Assembly (NCBI RefSeq): GCF_900172325.1
Contig: NZ_FWFR01000001.1
Location: forward strand, 1,301,773-1,333,772
Length of the DNA stretch: 32,000 bases
Direction: 5' to 3'
Source of the DNA: Oceanibacterium hippocampi
GTDB taxonomy: Bacteria > Pseudomonadota > Alphaproteobacteria > Sneathiellales > Sneathiellaceae
Part shown: positions 18,688-28,130 of the stretch, one piece after another
How the letters are laid out: each line of letters begins with the position of its first letter
Position numbering within the stretch: position 1 is the stretch's first letter
The notes under the pieces: generated by a model
What the model saw: the letters and a program-made list of their open reading frames with translations, nothing else
What the model was told of the DNA's origin: nothing
Databases searched by the model: none
Program-made: the position numbers and the translations under genes

Positions 18688-19776
18688 ATGTCCGAATCCG
18701 CGTATTTCTCAGCAAGCTATTCCGAGGCCCGGGGCAAGTTTCTCGCTGCCGCCGAAGCGGCGGGCGCGAGGATCGAATCGGTCCAGCATCCGCTGAAGGG
18801 CCCGTCCGGCGAGGCGCTCTACAACGACGTCGCCGTGCTCCGCGAGCCGGGCGACAAGGCGGTCTTCTTCACCAATTCGGCGACACACGGGATCGAGGGC
18901 TATTGCGGCTCCGGCGCGCAGACGGCGTTCTTCTCCACTTCGCTGGTCAGGGACCGGCCGAAGGGCGTCGCCGTCGTCGTCAGCCACGCGATCAATCCGC
19001 ACGGCTTCGCCCATGGCCAGCGGGTCAACGAGGACAATGTCGACCTCAACCGCAACTTCATCGACCATTCGGCCGGTCATCCCGACAATCCGCCCTACGC
19101 GGAAGTGCAGGGCCTGCTGGTGCCGGCCGACTGGGACGGCCCGTCGCGCGAGGCGGCGGACGGCGCCATCGCCCGGTTCATCGCCGACAGGGGCGAATGG
19201 GCCTTCCAGGCGGCGGTCACCCTCGGCCAGTACCAGCATCCGGAGGGGCTGTTCTATGGCGGCCTGAAGCCGGTCTGGTCGAACGCTCGCTTCCGCGACC
19301 TGGTGCGCCGGCACGTCGTCGGCTTCGAGCGTGTCGGGTTCATCGATTTCCATACCGGCCTCGGCCCGTCCGGCCATGGCGAGATCATCTCGGTCGGCTC
19401 GTCCGCCAGCGATCTCTACCGTCGCGCCCATGACTGGTACGGCGACCAGGTGCGGTCGAGCGACTCCGGCGGCGGCTCGGTCTCGGCGCCCGTCCAGGGG
19501 TCGATCATCGACGGCCTGGTGGAGGAGGGCGGCGATGCCGAGATCACGCCGGTCGCGCTCGAATACGGCACGGTGCCAGTGATGGAGGTGCTGAACTCGC
19601 TGCGCGGCGATGCCTGGCTGCATCTGTCCGACAGCAACCCCGATCGCCGGCTTGCCGACGCCATCCGGGCCGAGGTCAGGCGCGCCTTCTATACCGAAAC
19701 AGACGCCTGGAAGACGGCGATCTGCGCCCGTGCCGACGAACTGACCCGCAAGGCCTATGCGGGGCTCGCCGGCTGA
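18688..19776 (+). CDS. DUF2817 / M14-like zinc carboxypeptidase family protein
   Basis: ATHGIEGYCGSGAQ, VVSHAINPHGFAHGQRVNEDNVDLNRNFIDH, FIDFHTGLGPSGHGEII and LEYGTVP, the DUF2817 pattern. Confidence 0.88.
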   Translation: MSESAYFSASYSEARGKFLAAAEAAGARIESVQHPLKGPSGEALYNDVAVLREPGDKAVFFTNSATHGIEGYCGSGAQTAFFSTSLVRDRPKGVAVVVSHAINPHGFAHGQRVNEDNVDLNRNFIDHSAGHPDNPPYAEVQGLLVPADWDGPSREAADGAIARFIADRGEWAFQAAVTLGQYQHPEGLFYGGLKPVWSNARFRDLVRRHVVGFERVGFIDFHTGLGPSGHGEIISVGSSASDLYRRAHDWYGDQVRSSDSGGGSVSAPVQGSIIDGLVEEGGDAEITPVALEYGTVPVMEVLNSLRGDAWLHLSDSNPDRRLADAIRAEVRRAFYTETDAWKTAICARADELTRKAYAGLAG

Positions 19777-19785
19777 ACCATCGCG

Positions 19786-19809
19786 GCCGCCCGGCTCCTG
19801 CCGGGCGGC
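19786..19809. terminator. Bidirectional terminator-like hairpin between convergent genes
   Basis: GCCGCCCGG - CTCCTG - CCGGGCGGC, a perfect 9-bp stem between the DUF2817 stop (19776) and the kinase stop (19822). Confidence 0.5.
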
Positions 19810-19821
19810 GCTCTTACTGTC

Positions 19822-20877
19822 CTAGCGGCAGCGCGTCTCGACGATTGACCAGGCGGTCTCGGCGAGCGTCCGGGCGAGCGGGCCATAGCTGAGCGCGCGC
19901 TCGGAACTGGCATTGCCGTCGAGGCCGCGCTTGTAGACGCCCTGGGTGATCGAGGCGAGGCGGAACAGCGAGAAGGCAAGGCAGAAGCCGAAGTTCGCCT
20001 CGATATTGTCGCGCCCTGTGCGTTCCGCATAGGCCGCCAGGTAGTCGGCCTCGGAGGGGATGCCGCTGGTCGCGAAGTCGATCTTCGTCAGCCCGCCCTG
20101 GCGCGGATGCTCGTAGTGATAGAGCAGGCAGTTGTAGGCGACGTCGGCGAGCGGATGGCCGAGCGTCGAGAGCTCCCAGTCGAGCACCGCGACAACCTTC
20201 GCCTCGTCGGCATCGAAAATCATGTTCTCCAGCCGGAAGTCGCCGTGCACGATGCGCGTCTCGTCGTCGCCCGGGATATTCTCCGGCAGCCAGGCGAGCA
20301 GGCTTTCCATCGCCTCGATCCGTTCCGTCTCGGCACCGCGATACTGCTTGCCCCATCGGCCGATCTGGCGGGCGAAATAGTTGCCCGGCTTGCCGAAATC
20401 GCCGAGCCCGACAGCGGCGTAATCGACGCCGTGCAGGCGCGCCATCACCTCGTTCATGGCATCGTAGATCGCCGCCCGTTCGGCCGGGCTGTGGTCCGGC
20501 AGGCGGGGGTCGCGGAAGACCCGGCCCTCGACCAGCGACATGACGTAGAAGGCGGTGCCGACGACGCTCTCGTCCTGGCAGAGCAGCAGCGCCTCGGGCA
20601 CCGGGACACCGGTGCCGGCCAGCGCCCGGATCACCTTGTATTCGCGTTCGACCGCGTGCGCCGACGGCAGCAGCTTGCCCGGCGGTTTCTTACGCAGCAC
20701 GTAGCGCCGCGCCGGCGTCTCCAGCACGTAGGTCGGGTTCGACTGTCCGCCCTTGAACTGGCGCACGGTGAGCCGTCCGGCATAGCCCGGGAGATGGCTT
20801 TCGAGATAGCTGGCCAGAGCCGTCTCGTCGAGGCGATGGGCCTCGCGGACCGCCGAGGTCTCGTCGGCCGCGCTCAC
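19822..20877 (-). CDS. Phosphotransferase family protein (aminoglycoside phosphotransferase/choline-kinase fold, ACAD10/11-N or LvaA-like), copy 1
   Basis: FKGGQSNPTYVLETPARRYVLRKKPPGKLLPSAHAVEREY, catalytic VHGDFRLENM and AVLDWELSTLGHPLADVAYNC. GTG start overlaps the upstream TGA. Confidence 0.9.
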   Translation of the reverse strand: MSAADETSAVREAHRLDETALASYLESHLPGYAGRLTVRQFKGGQSNPTYVLETPARRYVLRKKPPGKLLPSAHAVEREYKVIRALAGTGVPVPEALLLCQDESVVGTAFYVMSLVEGRVFRDPRLPDHSPAERAAIYDAMNEVMARLHGVDYAAVGLGDFGKPGNYFARQIGRWGKQYRGAETERIEAMESLLAWLPENIPGDDETRIVHGDFRLENMIFDADEAKVVAVLDWELSTLGHPLADVAYNCLLYHYEHPRQGGLTKIDFATSGIPSEADYLAAYAERTGRDNIEANFGFCLAFSLFRLASITQGVYKRGLDGNASSERALSYGPLARTLAETAWSIVETRCR

Positions 20878-21947
20878 GGCTTGCCGCCGGTGAGCTTGAG
20901 CACTTCCTGCCAGGCGAGTTCGGCCAGCGGCCGGGCGCGGCGGCCCGATTCGAGCGCCTGCGCGCTTGCCGCCGTACCGGCGACGACGCGGCCCATGATG
21001 CCCTGCAGGATGCCGGCGAGGCGGAACATGTTGTAGGCCATGTAGAAGTCGAAATGCTCGATCCGCTCGCGCCCCGTGCGGCGGCAGTAGGCGGCGACAT
21101 ATTCCGCTTCGGTCGGGATGCCGAGCGCCTTGACGTCGACCCCGCCGAGGCCGCGGAAGACGTCCGGCCCGAGCCGCCAGATCATGCAGTGATAGGTGAA
21201 ATCGGCGAGCGGATGGCCGAGCGTCGAGAGCTCCCAGTCGAGCACCGCGAGAACCTTCGGTTCGGTCGGATGCAGCACCATGTTGTCGAGCCGGTAGTCG
21301 CCATGCACGAGCGTCGTCTCGTCGCCCGGCGGGATGTTCTCGGGCAGCCAGGCGATGAGATTGTCCATCGCCTCGATGGTTTCCGTCTCGGAGGCCTTGT
21401 ACTGCTTGCTCCAGCGGTTGATCTGGCGGGCTAGGTAATTGCCGGTCTTGCCGAAGTCGCCGAGCCCGACCGCCTGGTAGTCGACCTGGTGCAGCGCCGC
21501 CATGACGGCGTTCTCGGCGTCGAAGATCGCCGCCCGCTCGGCCGGGTCGATGCCCGGCAGCTGCGGGTCCCAGAGGATCCGGCCGGCGACGAAATCCATG
21601 ACGTAGAAGGCGGTGCCGATGACGTCGCTGTCCTCCCAGAGCAGGTGCGCCTTCGGCACCGGGACGTCGGTGTCGGCCAGCGCCGAGATCACCCGGTATT
21701 CCCGGTCGACCGCATGCGCCGAGGGCAGCAGCTCGCCCGGCGGCTTTCGGCGCAGCACGTAGGCCCGCTTCGGGGTCACCAGCTTGTAGCTGGGATTGGA
21801 CTGCCCGCCCTTGAACTGCTGGACCGTGAGCGGCCCCTCGAAGCCCGGAAGGCGCTTCGCGAGATAGGCTTCGAGGGCTTTCTCGTCGAAAGCGTGCTGG
21901 TCGCGCACCGCCATGGTGCCGCTGAATTCCTGCTGCGCGTCGGTCAT
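20874..21947 (-). CDS. Phosphotransferase family protein (ACAD10/11-N or LvaA-like), copy 2
   Basis: FKGGQSNPSYKLVTPKRAYVLRRKPPGELLPSAHAVDREY, catalytic VHGDYRLDNM and AVLDWELSTLGHPLADFTYHC. Clear paralog of the adjacent ORF. Confidence 0.9.
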   Translation of the reverse strand: MTDAQQEFSGTMAVRDQHAFDEKALEAYLAKRLPGFEGPLTVQQFKGGQSNPSYKLVTPKRAYVLRRKPPGELLPSAHAVDREYRVISALADTDVPVPKAHLLWEDSDVIGTAFYVMDFVAGRILWDPQLPGIDPAERAAIFDAENAVMAALHQVDYQAVGLGDFGKTGNYLARQINRWSKQYKASETETIEAMDNLIAWLPENIPPGDETTLVHGDYRLDNMVLHPTEPKVLAVLDWELSTLGHPLADFTYHCMIWRLGPDVFRGLGGVDVKALGIPTEAEYVAAYCRRTGRERIEHFDFYMAYNMFRLAGILQGIMGRVVAGTAASAQALESGRRARPLAELAWQEVLKLTGGKP

Positions 21948-22001
21948 CTCGTCCCTTCGATCCTCTCGCTCATTCTTCTTCGTTATGGTTGTTCCGGCCC
22001 C

Positions 22002-23282
22002 TCACGAGGCCGTTTCGCGTTCGATGGCCCGCCAGCCGATGTCGCGCCGGCAGAAGCCCTCCGGCCAGTCGACCCGGTCGACGGCGGCATAGGCGCGGTC
22101 GCGGGCGGCGCCGACCGTCGGTCCCGTCGCGGTGATGCCGAGCACCCGGCCGCCGGTGGCGACCAGCGCATCCCCGCGCCGCGCCGTGCCGGCGTGGAAG
22201 ACCAGCACGCCGTCAAGCGCCGCGGCCCGGTCCAGCCTGCCGATCCGGGTGCCCTTCCGATAGTCGCCCGGATAGCCCTCGGCGGCGAGCACGACGACGA
22301 GCGCGGCCTCGTCCGACCAGTCGAGCGCGACCTGGCCGAGCCGGCCGTCGCAGGCCGCGATCAGGACGTCCAGCAGGTCGCTCTTCAGGCGCGGCAGCAG
22401 GACCTGGCATTCCGGATCGCCGAAACGGATGTTGTACTCGACCAGGCGTGGCCCGGTCGCGGTGATCATCAGCCCGGCATAGAGGATGCCGCGATAGGGC
22501 ATGCCCTCGGCCTGCATCCCGGCGACGGTCGGGCGGACGATCTCGGCCATGACCTGTTCGACCAGCGCGTCCGTCATCACCGGGGCCGGCGAATAGGCGC
22601 CCATGCCGCCGGTATTCGGCCCCGTGTCGCCATCGCCGACCGCCTTGTGATCCTGCGCGGTGGCAAGCGGCAGCACCGCGTCGTCGCCGACGATGGCGAA
22701 GAAGCTGGCCTCTTCGCCGACCATGAATTCCTCGACCACCACTTCTTCGCCGGCGGCCCCGAAGCGGCCGCCGAGCATGGCGTCGATCGCCGCGTCGGCC
22801 TCGGCCAGGGTGGCGGCGACGGTGACCCCCTTGCCGGCGGCGAGGCCGTCCGTCTTGACCACGACCGGGGCGCCGAGCTCGGCGGCGAAGGCCTTGGCGG
22901 CGGCGGCCTCTCGGAACCGGCCATAGGCCGCCGTCGGGATGCCGTGGCGGGCGCACAGATCCTTCATGAAGCCCTTGGAGCCCTCGAGCGCGGCGGCGGC
23001 CCGCTCCGGGCCGAAAGCGCGGATCCCGGCGCCGCGCAGATGGTCGACGATGCCGGCGACCAGCGGCGCCTCCGGTCCGACCACGACCAGCCCGATATCG
23101 GCCTCGCGGCAGAAGGATTCGACGGCGGCGAAATCGAGGGGGTCGAGATCGCGGCATTCGGCGACCCCGGCGATGCCGCCGTTACCCGGCGCGCAAAAAA
23201 GTCGTTCGAGCCGCGGCGAGCGCGCCAGCGCCCAGCAGAGCGCGTGTTCCCTGCCGCCCGAACCGATGACAAGGACGTTCAT
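22002..23282 (-). CDS. purD: Phosphoribosylamine--glycine ligase (GAR synthetase)
   Basis: [36 protein letters not shown]-grasp segments [38 protein letters not shown]. Confidence 0.97.
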   Translation of the reverse strand: MNVLVIGSGGREHALCWALARSPRLERLFCAPGNGGIAGVAECRDLDPLDFAAVESFCREADIGLVVVGPEAPLVAGIVDHLRGAGIRAFGPERAAAALEGSKGFMKDLCARHGIPTAAYGRFREAAAAKAFAAELGAPVVVKTDGLAAGKGVTVAATLAEADAAIDAMLGGRFGAAGEEVVVEEFMVGEEASFFAIVGDDAVLPLATAQDHKAVGDGDTGPNTGGMGAYSPAPVMTDALVEQVMAEIVRPTVAGMQAEGMPYRGILYAGLMITATGPRLVEYNIRFGDPECQVLLPRLKSDLLDVLIAACDGRLGQVALDWSDEAALVVVLAAEGYPGDYRKGTRIGRLDRAAALDGVLVFHAGTARRGDALVATGGRVLGITATGPTVGAARDRAYAAVDRVDWPEGFCRRDIGWRAIERETAS

Positions 23283-23318
23283 GTGACCCCTTAACGCCGG
23301 CGGAATGCGAAACTGCCC

Positions 23319-23346
23319 TTACAGGGCAACCGGTTCCTTGTATCAT
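23319..23346 (+). promoter_or_regulatory. Possible sigma70-like promoter for xseA
   Basis: TTACAG (23319-23324), 16-nt spacer, TATCAT (23341-23346), ~35 nt upstream of the GTG start. Confidence 0.35.
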
Positions 23347-23380
23347 AGGGTCCCCGTAACACAAGCAGCCCGCCAGACAC

Positions 23381-24853
23381 GTGGTCCAGCCTCCAGACAT
23401 CGGAACCGATGCCGGCGCCAACCCCGGCAACGTCCATGAATACAGCGTCTCCGAGATCAGCTCCCGGCTGAAACGGACGGTCGAGGACGCCTATGATCAT
23501 GTCCGTGTGCGCGGCGAGCTGTCGGGATTCAAGCGGGCCGCCTCGGGCCATCTCTACATGGCGCTGAAGGACGACCAGGCGGTTCTCGACGCGGTCTGCT
23601 GGCGCGGCAACGCCGGCCGGCTCACCTTCCGTCCCGAGGACGGGCTCGAGGTCGTCTGCACCGGCAAGCTGACGACCTATCCCGGGCGCTCCAAGTACCA
23701 GCTCGTGGTCGAGCGGATGGAGCCCGCCGGCGTCGGCGCACTGATGGCGCTGCTCGAGCAACGCCGACAGAAGCTCGCCGCCGAGGGCCTGTTCGAGGAG
23801 GGGCGGAAGCGGCCGCTGCCTTACCTGCCGGCCGTCATCGGCGTCGTCACCTCGCCGACCGGGGCGGTCATCCGCGACATCCTGCATCGTCTTGCCGACC
23901 GCTTCCCGCGCCACGTCCTGGTCTGGCCGGTACAGGTCCAGGGCGATGCCGCCGCCGGCCAGGTCGCGACCGCGATCCGGGGCTTCAATCGTCTGGAGAC
24001 AGGCGGCCGGGTGCCGCGCCCGGACGTGCTGATCGTCGCCCGCGGCGGCGGCTCGATCGAGGATCTCTGGGCCTTCAACGAGGAGGTCGTGGTCCGCGCC
24101 ATCGCCGGAAGCGCGATCCCGGTGATTTCCGCCGTCGGCCACGAGACCGACACCACGCTTGCCGATCACGCCGCCGATCGCAGGGCCCCGACGCCGACCG
24201 CCGCGGCCGAGATGGCGGTCCCGGTGCGCTCCGAACTGCGCCTCCAGATCCAGTCCCTCGACGGCCGCATGCTCGGCGCGATGAGCCGGCGGATCGCCGC
24301 CGAGCGCCAGCGTCTCGACGGCTTCGGGCGCGGCCTGCGCGACCCGGAATCGACGATCGCAACCGCCCGCCAGCGTCTCGACGAACTCGATTCGCGGCTC
24401 CGCGTCGCGTTGCGCGGCCGCACCGAACGCGGCCGCCGCGATCTCGCCGCGATCGCCGGGCGACTCAGCCGGCCGCTGCTGCTGCAGCGCCTCGAACAGC
24501 GCCGCGAGAAACTGGCGCGCCTCGCCGCCGATCTGGACCGCGACATGCAACGGCGGCGCGACGACCGGAAGCGGGCGCTCGACCAGGTATCGCGCCTGCT
24601 CGAAAGCTTTTCCTACCGCAAGACGCTGGAGCGCGGCTTCGCGCTGGTTCGCGACGGCGGCGGGGCGCCGCTCAAGCGCCGCGCCGCGGCGCGTGCCGGC
24701 GAGCAGGTGACGATCGAGTTCCTGGACGGTACGGTGCCGGCCGCACTGCTCGACGGCGACGCGGGCGAGCCGGCGCGCAAGGCGAAGCCCGCCCGGCCAC
24801 GAAAGACGGCCGTCGGCGGCGACTCGACACCGGAACAGGGGAGTTTGCTCTAG
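23381..24853 (+). CDS. xseA: Exodeoxyribonuclease VII large subunit
   Basis: VSEISSRLKRTVEDAYDHVRVRGELSGFKRAASGHLYMALKD, GVVTSPTGAVIRDILHRL, ARGGGSIEDLWAFNEE and AVGHETDTTLADHAADRRAPTPTAAAE. Confidence 0.97.
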   Translation: MVQPPDIGTDAGANPGNVHEYSVSEISSRLKRTVEDAYDHVRVRGELSGFKRAASGHLYMALKDDQAVLDAVCWRGNAGRLTFRPEDGLEVVCTGKLTTYPGRSKYQLVVERMEPAGVGALMALLEQRRQKLAAEGLFEEGRKRPLPYLPAVIGVVTSPTGAVIRDILHRLADRFPRHVLVWPVQVQGDAAAGQVATAIRGFNRLETGGRVPRPDVLIVARGGGSIEDLWAFNEEVVVRAIAGSAIPVISAVGHETDTTLADHAADRRAPTPTAAAEMAVPVRSELRLQIQSLDGRMLGAMSRRIAAERQRLDGFGRGLRDPESTIATARQRLDELDSRLRVALRGRTERGRRDLAAIAGRLSRPLLLQRLEQRREKLARLAADLDRDMQRRRDDRKRALDQVSRLLESFSYRKTLERGFALVRDGGGAPLKRRAAARAGEQVTIEFLDGTVPAALLDGDAGEPARKAKPARPRKTAVGGDSTPEQGSLL

Positions 24854-25045
24854 ATGCTGCACGAAGGCGAAGCGAAGGTGCTGTTCGGCGACGGCGAGGC
24901 CGAGGTGATCGCGCGCGGCCGCTACGTCCGCTGCGCGGTGACCGGCAGGCATATCCCGATCGAGGAACTGCGCTACTGGAGCGTGCCGCGGCAGGAGGCC
25001 TATATCGACGCCGAGGCGGCGCTGAAGGCGACGCGGGGCCGCTGA
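24854..25045 (+). CDS. DUF2093 family small protein
   Basis: EAKVLFGDGEAEVIARGRYVRCAVTGRHIPIEELRYWSVPRQEAYIDAEAAL. Its ATG directly abuts the xseA stop (TAGATG). Confidence 0.85.
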   Translation: MLHEGEAKVLFGDGEAEVIARGRYVRCAVTGRHIPIEELRYWSVPRQEAYIDAEAALKATRGR

Positions 25046-25047
25046 TC

Positions 25048-25875
25048 GTGCGCTTTCGCGACTGCCTGCTGGCGATCTGCCTCGTCGTCGCCGTGATCGC
25101 TCCGGCCCGGGCCGTGTCGGTCCTCGAACTCGACGGCGCGCTGACCCAGGGCGGGTTCGTCCTCGGGCAGACCGCGCCGGGCGCCTCGGTGACGCTCGGC
25201 GGCAAGGCGGTGCGGGTTGCCCCGGACGGTCGTTTCGTGATCGGCTTCGGCCGCGACCACGGTCCGTCTGCCGAACTTCGCGTGGCCCTGCCGGACGGCG
25301 GGGAGGAGGCGCGGACCCTGGCGATCGCGAAGCGTGACTACGAGATCCAGCGGATCGACGGCCTGCCGCCGTCCAAGGTGACGCCCTCCGAGGCGGCGCT
25401 GGAGCGGATCCGCCGGGAGAATGCCGAGATCGCCCGGGTGCGCACGCTCGACACGCCGGAGACCTGGTTCCTGGAGGGCTGGCAATGGCCGGTCGAGGGG
25501 CCGATCAGCGGTGTCTTCGGCAGCCAGCGAATCCTGAACGGCGAGCCGCGCCGGCCCCATTTCGGCGTCGATGTCGCCGTTCCGACCGGCACGCCGGTGG
25601 TCGCGCCGGCACCGGGACGGGTGGCGCTGGCCGAGCCGGACCTGTATTTCACCGGCGGCACGGTGATGATCGATCACGGTTATGGCATCACCACCGTCTA
25701 TTCGCATCTGAGCGCGGTCGACGTCGCGGTCGGCGACATGCTCCGGCGCGGCGATCCGATCGGCAAGGTCGGCGCGACCGGACGGGCGACCGGCGCCCAC
25801 CTGGACTGGCGGATCAACTGGTTCGGCGAGCGGCTGGACCCGGAACTGCTGCCCGGGCTCAAGCCCCTGCGTTGA
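25048..25875 (+). CDS. M23 family (LytM-like) metallopeptidase, secreted
   Basis: Signal peptide, GPISGVFGSQRILNGEPRRPHFGVDVAVPTGTPVVAPAPGRV, GYGITTVYSHLS, ATGRATGAHLDWRINWFGERLDPE. Confidence 0.92.
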   Translation: MRFRDCLLAICLVVAVIAPARAVSVLELDGALTQGGFVLGQTAPGASVTLGGKAVRVAPDGRFVIGFGRDHGPSAELRVALPDGGEEARTLAIAKRDYEIQRIDGLPPSKVTPSEAALERIRRENAEIARVRTLDTPETWFLEGWQWPVEGPISGVFGSQRILNGEPRRPHFGVDVAVPTGTPVVAPAPGRVALAEPDLYFTGGTVMIDHGYGITTVYSHLSAVDVAVGDMLRRGDPIGKVGATGRATGAHLDWRINWFGERLDPELLPGLKPLR

Positions 25876-26659
25876 AGCTCCGTTCGCGGAACAGTTCGAG
25901 CAGACGCTCGTGCAGGGCGCCGGCGCAGACCACGTCGGCATGGCGCGGTTCGGACTGGTTGTAGCGATAGGGCAGGCCGTCCGAGGTAGTCGAGGATCCG
26001 CCCGCCTCGGCGACGATGATGTCGGCGGCGGCGAGATCCCAGTCGCTCTTCGCGGTCATCGAGATCGTCGCGTCGTAGCGCCCGGAGGCGACCAGCGCCA
26101 TCCGGTAGGCGATCGAGTTCACGTGATCGAATTTCGCGCCCGGGCTTTGGCCGAGCCAGTCGTTGTGCTCGAAGCTCCGGCGGCTCGCGAGCAGTTCGGC
26201 GCCCTTCAGCCGGCGCCGCCGGGTGACGCCGATCTTCTGGCCGTTGAGCCGGGCGCCGCCACCCTTCCAGGCCTCGAAGAATTCCTCGGTCACCGGGTTG
26301 AAGACCGCGCCGGCCAGCGGCGTGCCGTCGATGACCAACGCCGCGCAGATGGTGAATTCCGGCTTGCGCGCGACGAAGGAGCGGGTGCCGTCGATCGGAT
26401 CGACGATCCAGACCCGCGACTTGCCGAGCCGGTCCGGGGTATCGGCGGTTTCCTCGGACATCCAGCCATAATCCGGCCGGGCGGCGGTAAGCCGGGCGTT
26501 GAGCAGCTTGTCGACGGCGATGTCGGCCTCCGAGACCGGGTCGCCCTCGCCCTTGGTCCAGGACTTGAAGCCCTTGTGGAAATAGTCGAGCGCCAGCGCG
26601 CCGGCCTCGCGGACCGATTCGACGATGAGCGCGTGATCGCGAAGCAGGTCGTCCGTCAT
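25859..26659 (-). CDS. Inositol monophosphatase family protein (CysQ/HisN/SuhB-like)
   Basis: VSEADIAVDKLL, SEET, WIVDPIDGTRSFV and SDWDLAAADIIVAEAGG motifs. Its 3' end overlaps the M23 gene tail-to-tail. Confidence 0.9.
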   Translation of the reverse strand: MTDDLLRDHALIVESVREAGALALDYFHKGFKSWTKGEGDPVSEADIAVDKLLNARLTAARPDYGWMSEETADTPDRLGKSRVWIVDPIDGTRSFVARKPEFTICAALVIDGTPLAGAVFNPVTEEFFEAWKGGGARLNGQKIGVTRRRRLKGAELLASRRSFEHNDWLGQSPGAKFDHVNSIAYRMALVASGRYDATISMTAKSDWDLAAADIIVAEAGGSSTTSDGLPYRYNQSEPRHADVVCAGALHERLLELFRERSFNAGA

Positions 26660-28017
26660 GTGCCGGCGATCGTCATGCCGTCGATGCGGAGCGTCGGCGC
26701 ATTGGTGCCGTAGCGGAATTCCAGGTCGTCGGCCGGCTCCATATGGCGGAACATGTCCTTCAGGTTGCCGGCGATGGTCAGTTCCGAGACGGGAAAGGCG
26801 ATCTCGCCCTTCTCGATCCAGAACCCCGCGGCGCCGCGACTGTAGTCGCCGGTGATGCCGTTGACGCCGAAGCCGATCAGGCTGGTAACGTAGAAGCCGT
26901 CGTCGATCTCGGCGATCAGTTCGGCCGGCGGGCGGCTGCCGGCCGCCATGTAGAGGTTGGTCGCGCTCGGCCCGGGCGGCGAGGCGGTGCCGCGCGCCGC
27001 GCGGCCGTTGCTGACGAGGTCGAGCTGCCGGCCGGATGTCGAATCGAGCAGCCAGGTGGTGAGCCGGCCATCGACGATCAGGTCGAGCGCTTCCGCCGCA
27101 ACGCCCTCGCCGTCGAACGGCTTGGAACGGAGCCCGCGCGGCCGGCGCGGATCGTCGCGCACGGTGATGCCGTCGGCGAAGACCTGCTCGCCCATCCGGT
27201 CGCGCAGGAAGCTGGTGCCGCGGGCGATTGCGCTGCCGGAAATCGCCCCGGCGAAATGGCCGAGCATGCTGCCCGAGACGCGCGGGTCGAAAACCACCGG
27301 GCGGGGGCCGCTTTTCACCTTGCGCGGGTTGAGGCGGCGGACGGCGCGCTCGCCGGCGCTGCGGCCGATGGCCGTCGGGCTGCCGAGGTCGGCGCGATGG
27401 CGCACCGAAGCATAGTCATAGTCGGTTTCCATCGCCGTGCCGCTGCCGGCGATCGCCGAGGCGCCGATCGAATGGCTGGTGCTGCCGTAGGCGCCGCGAA
27501 AGCCGGTCGAGGTGGCGAGCGCGATCAGTCCTTCGCCGTAGCTGGCACTGGCGCCTTCGGAGTTGCTGACGCCGTCGACGGCGAGCATCGCCTCCTCGGT
27601 CTCGCGGGCGGTCTCGACCAGGGCCTCGGTGCTCGGCCAGTCGTCGTCGGCAAGGTCGAGATCCGGCCATTCCCGGGCCAGCAGGGCCGGATCGGCAAGA
27701 CCGCAGAAACGGTCCTCGGGCGCGCTCCGCGCCATCGCGACGGCACGCTCGACAAGTTCGTCAAGCGCCTCGCGGCGCGGGTCGTTCGAGGAGACGAAGG
27801 CCTGCTTGTGGCCGATGATGACGCGGAGGCCGATGTCGTGGTCCTCGGAGCGGGCGACATCCTCGGGCTTGCCGAGACGCCACGAAACGCCGAGCGAGGT
27901 GCTCTCGATGCGAACCGCGTCGGCGGCATCGCCGCCGCTCGCGCATGCCTTCTCGACCAGATAGCCGACAAGATCCACAGACGCCGCCTGTCGGGCGCGT
28001 TGTTCCTTCATAATCAT
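26656..28017 (-). CDS. pmbA: TldD/PmbA family protein
   Basis: GLRVIIGHKQAFVSSND, PVVFDPRVSGSMLGHFAGAISGSAIARGTSFLRDRMG, SSRSKPFDGEGV-like segment and GFGVNGITGDYSRGAAGFWIEKGEIAFPVSELTIAGNLKDM. Confidence 0.93.
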   Translation of the reverse strand: MIMKEQRARQAASVDLVGYLVEKACASGGDAADAVRIESTSLGVSWRLGKPEDVARSEDHDIGLRVIIGHKQAFVSSNDPRREALDELVERAVAMARSAPEDRFCGLADPALLAREWPDLDLADDDWPSTEALVETARETEEAMLAVDGVSNSEGASASYGEGLIALATSTGFRGAYGSTSHSIGASAIAGSGTAMETDYDYASVRHRADLGSPTAIGRSAGERAVRRLNPRKVKSGPRPVVFDPRVSGSMLGHFAGAISGSAIARGTSFLRDRMGEQVFADGITVRDDPRRPRGLRSKPFDGEGVAAEALDLIVDGRLTTWLLDSTSGRQLDLVSNGRAARGTASPPGPSATNLYMAAGSRPPAELIAEIDDGFYVTSLIGFGVNGITGDYSRGAAGFWIEKGEIAFPVSELTIAGNLKDMFRHMEPADDLEFRYGTNAPTLRIDGMTIAGT

Positions 28018-28130
28018 CGTCTCGCGATTGCCCTGCCAGCGAAGCGCCGGTCACTGGGCCCGTTGGCCGAACTGTCATAGATATAGGGGACGATGACGCC
28101 GAAGGGCACCCCTTTTGGCCGGCCGTTGCC

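Noticed and set aside
21489-24952. Long overlapping ORFs (21489..23294 +, 22213..23157 -, 23291..24952 -) over purD and xseA
   Set aside because: Shadow frames of purD and xseA, which carry clear motifs in the alternative frames.
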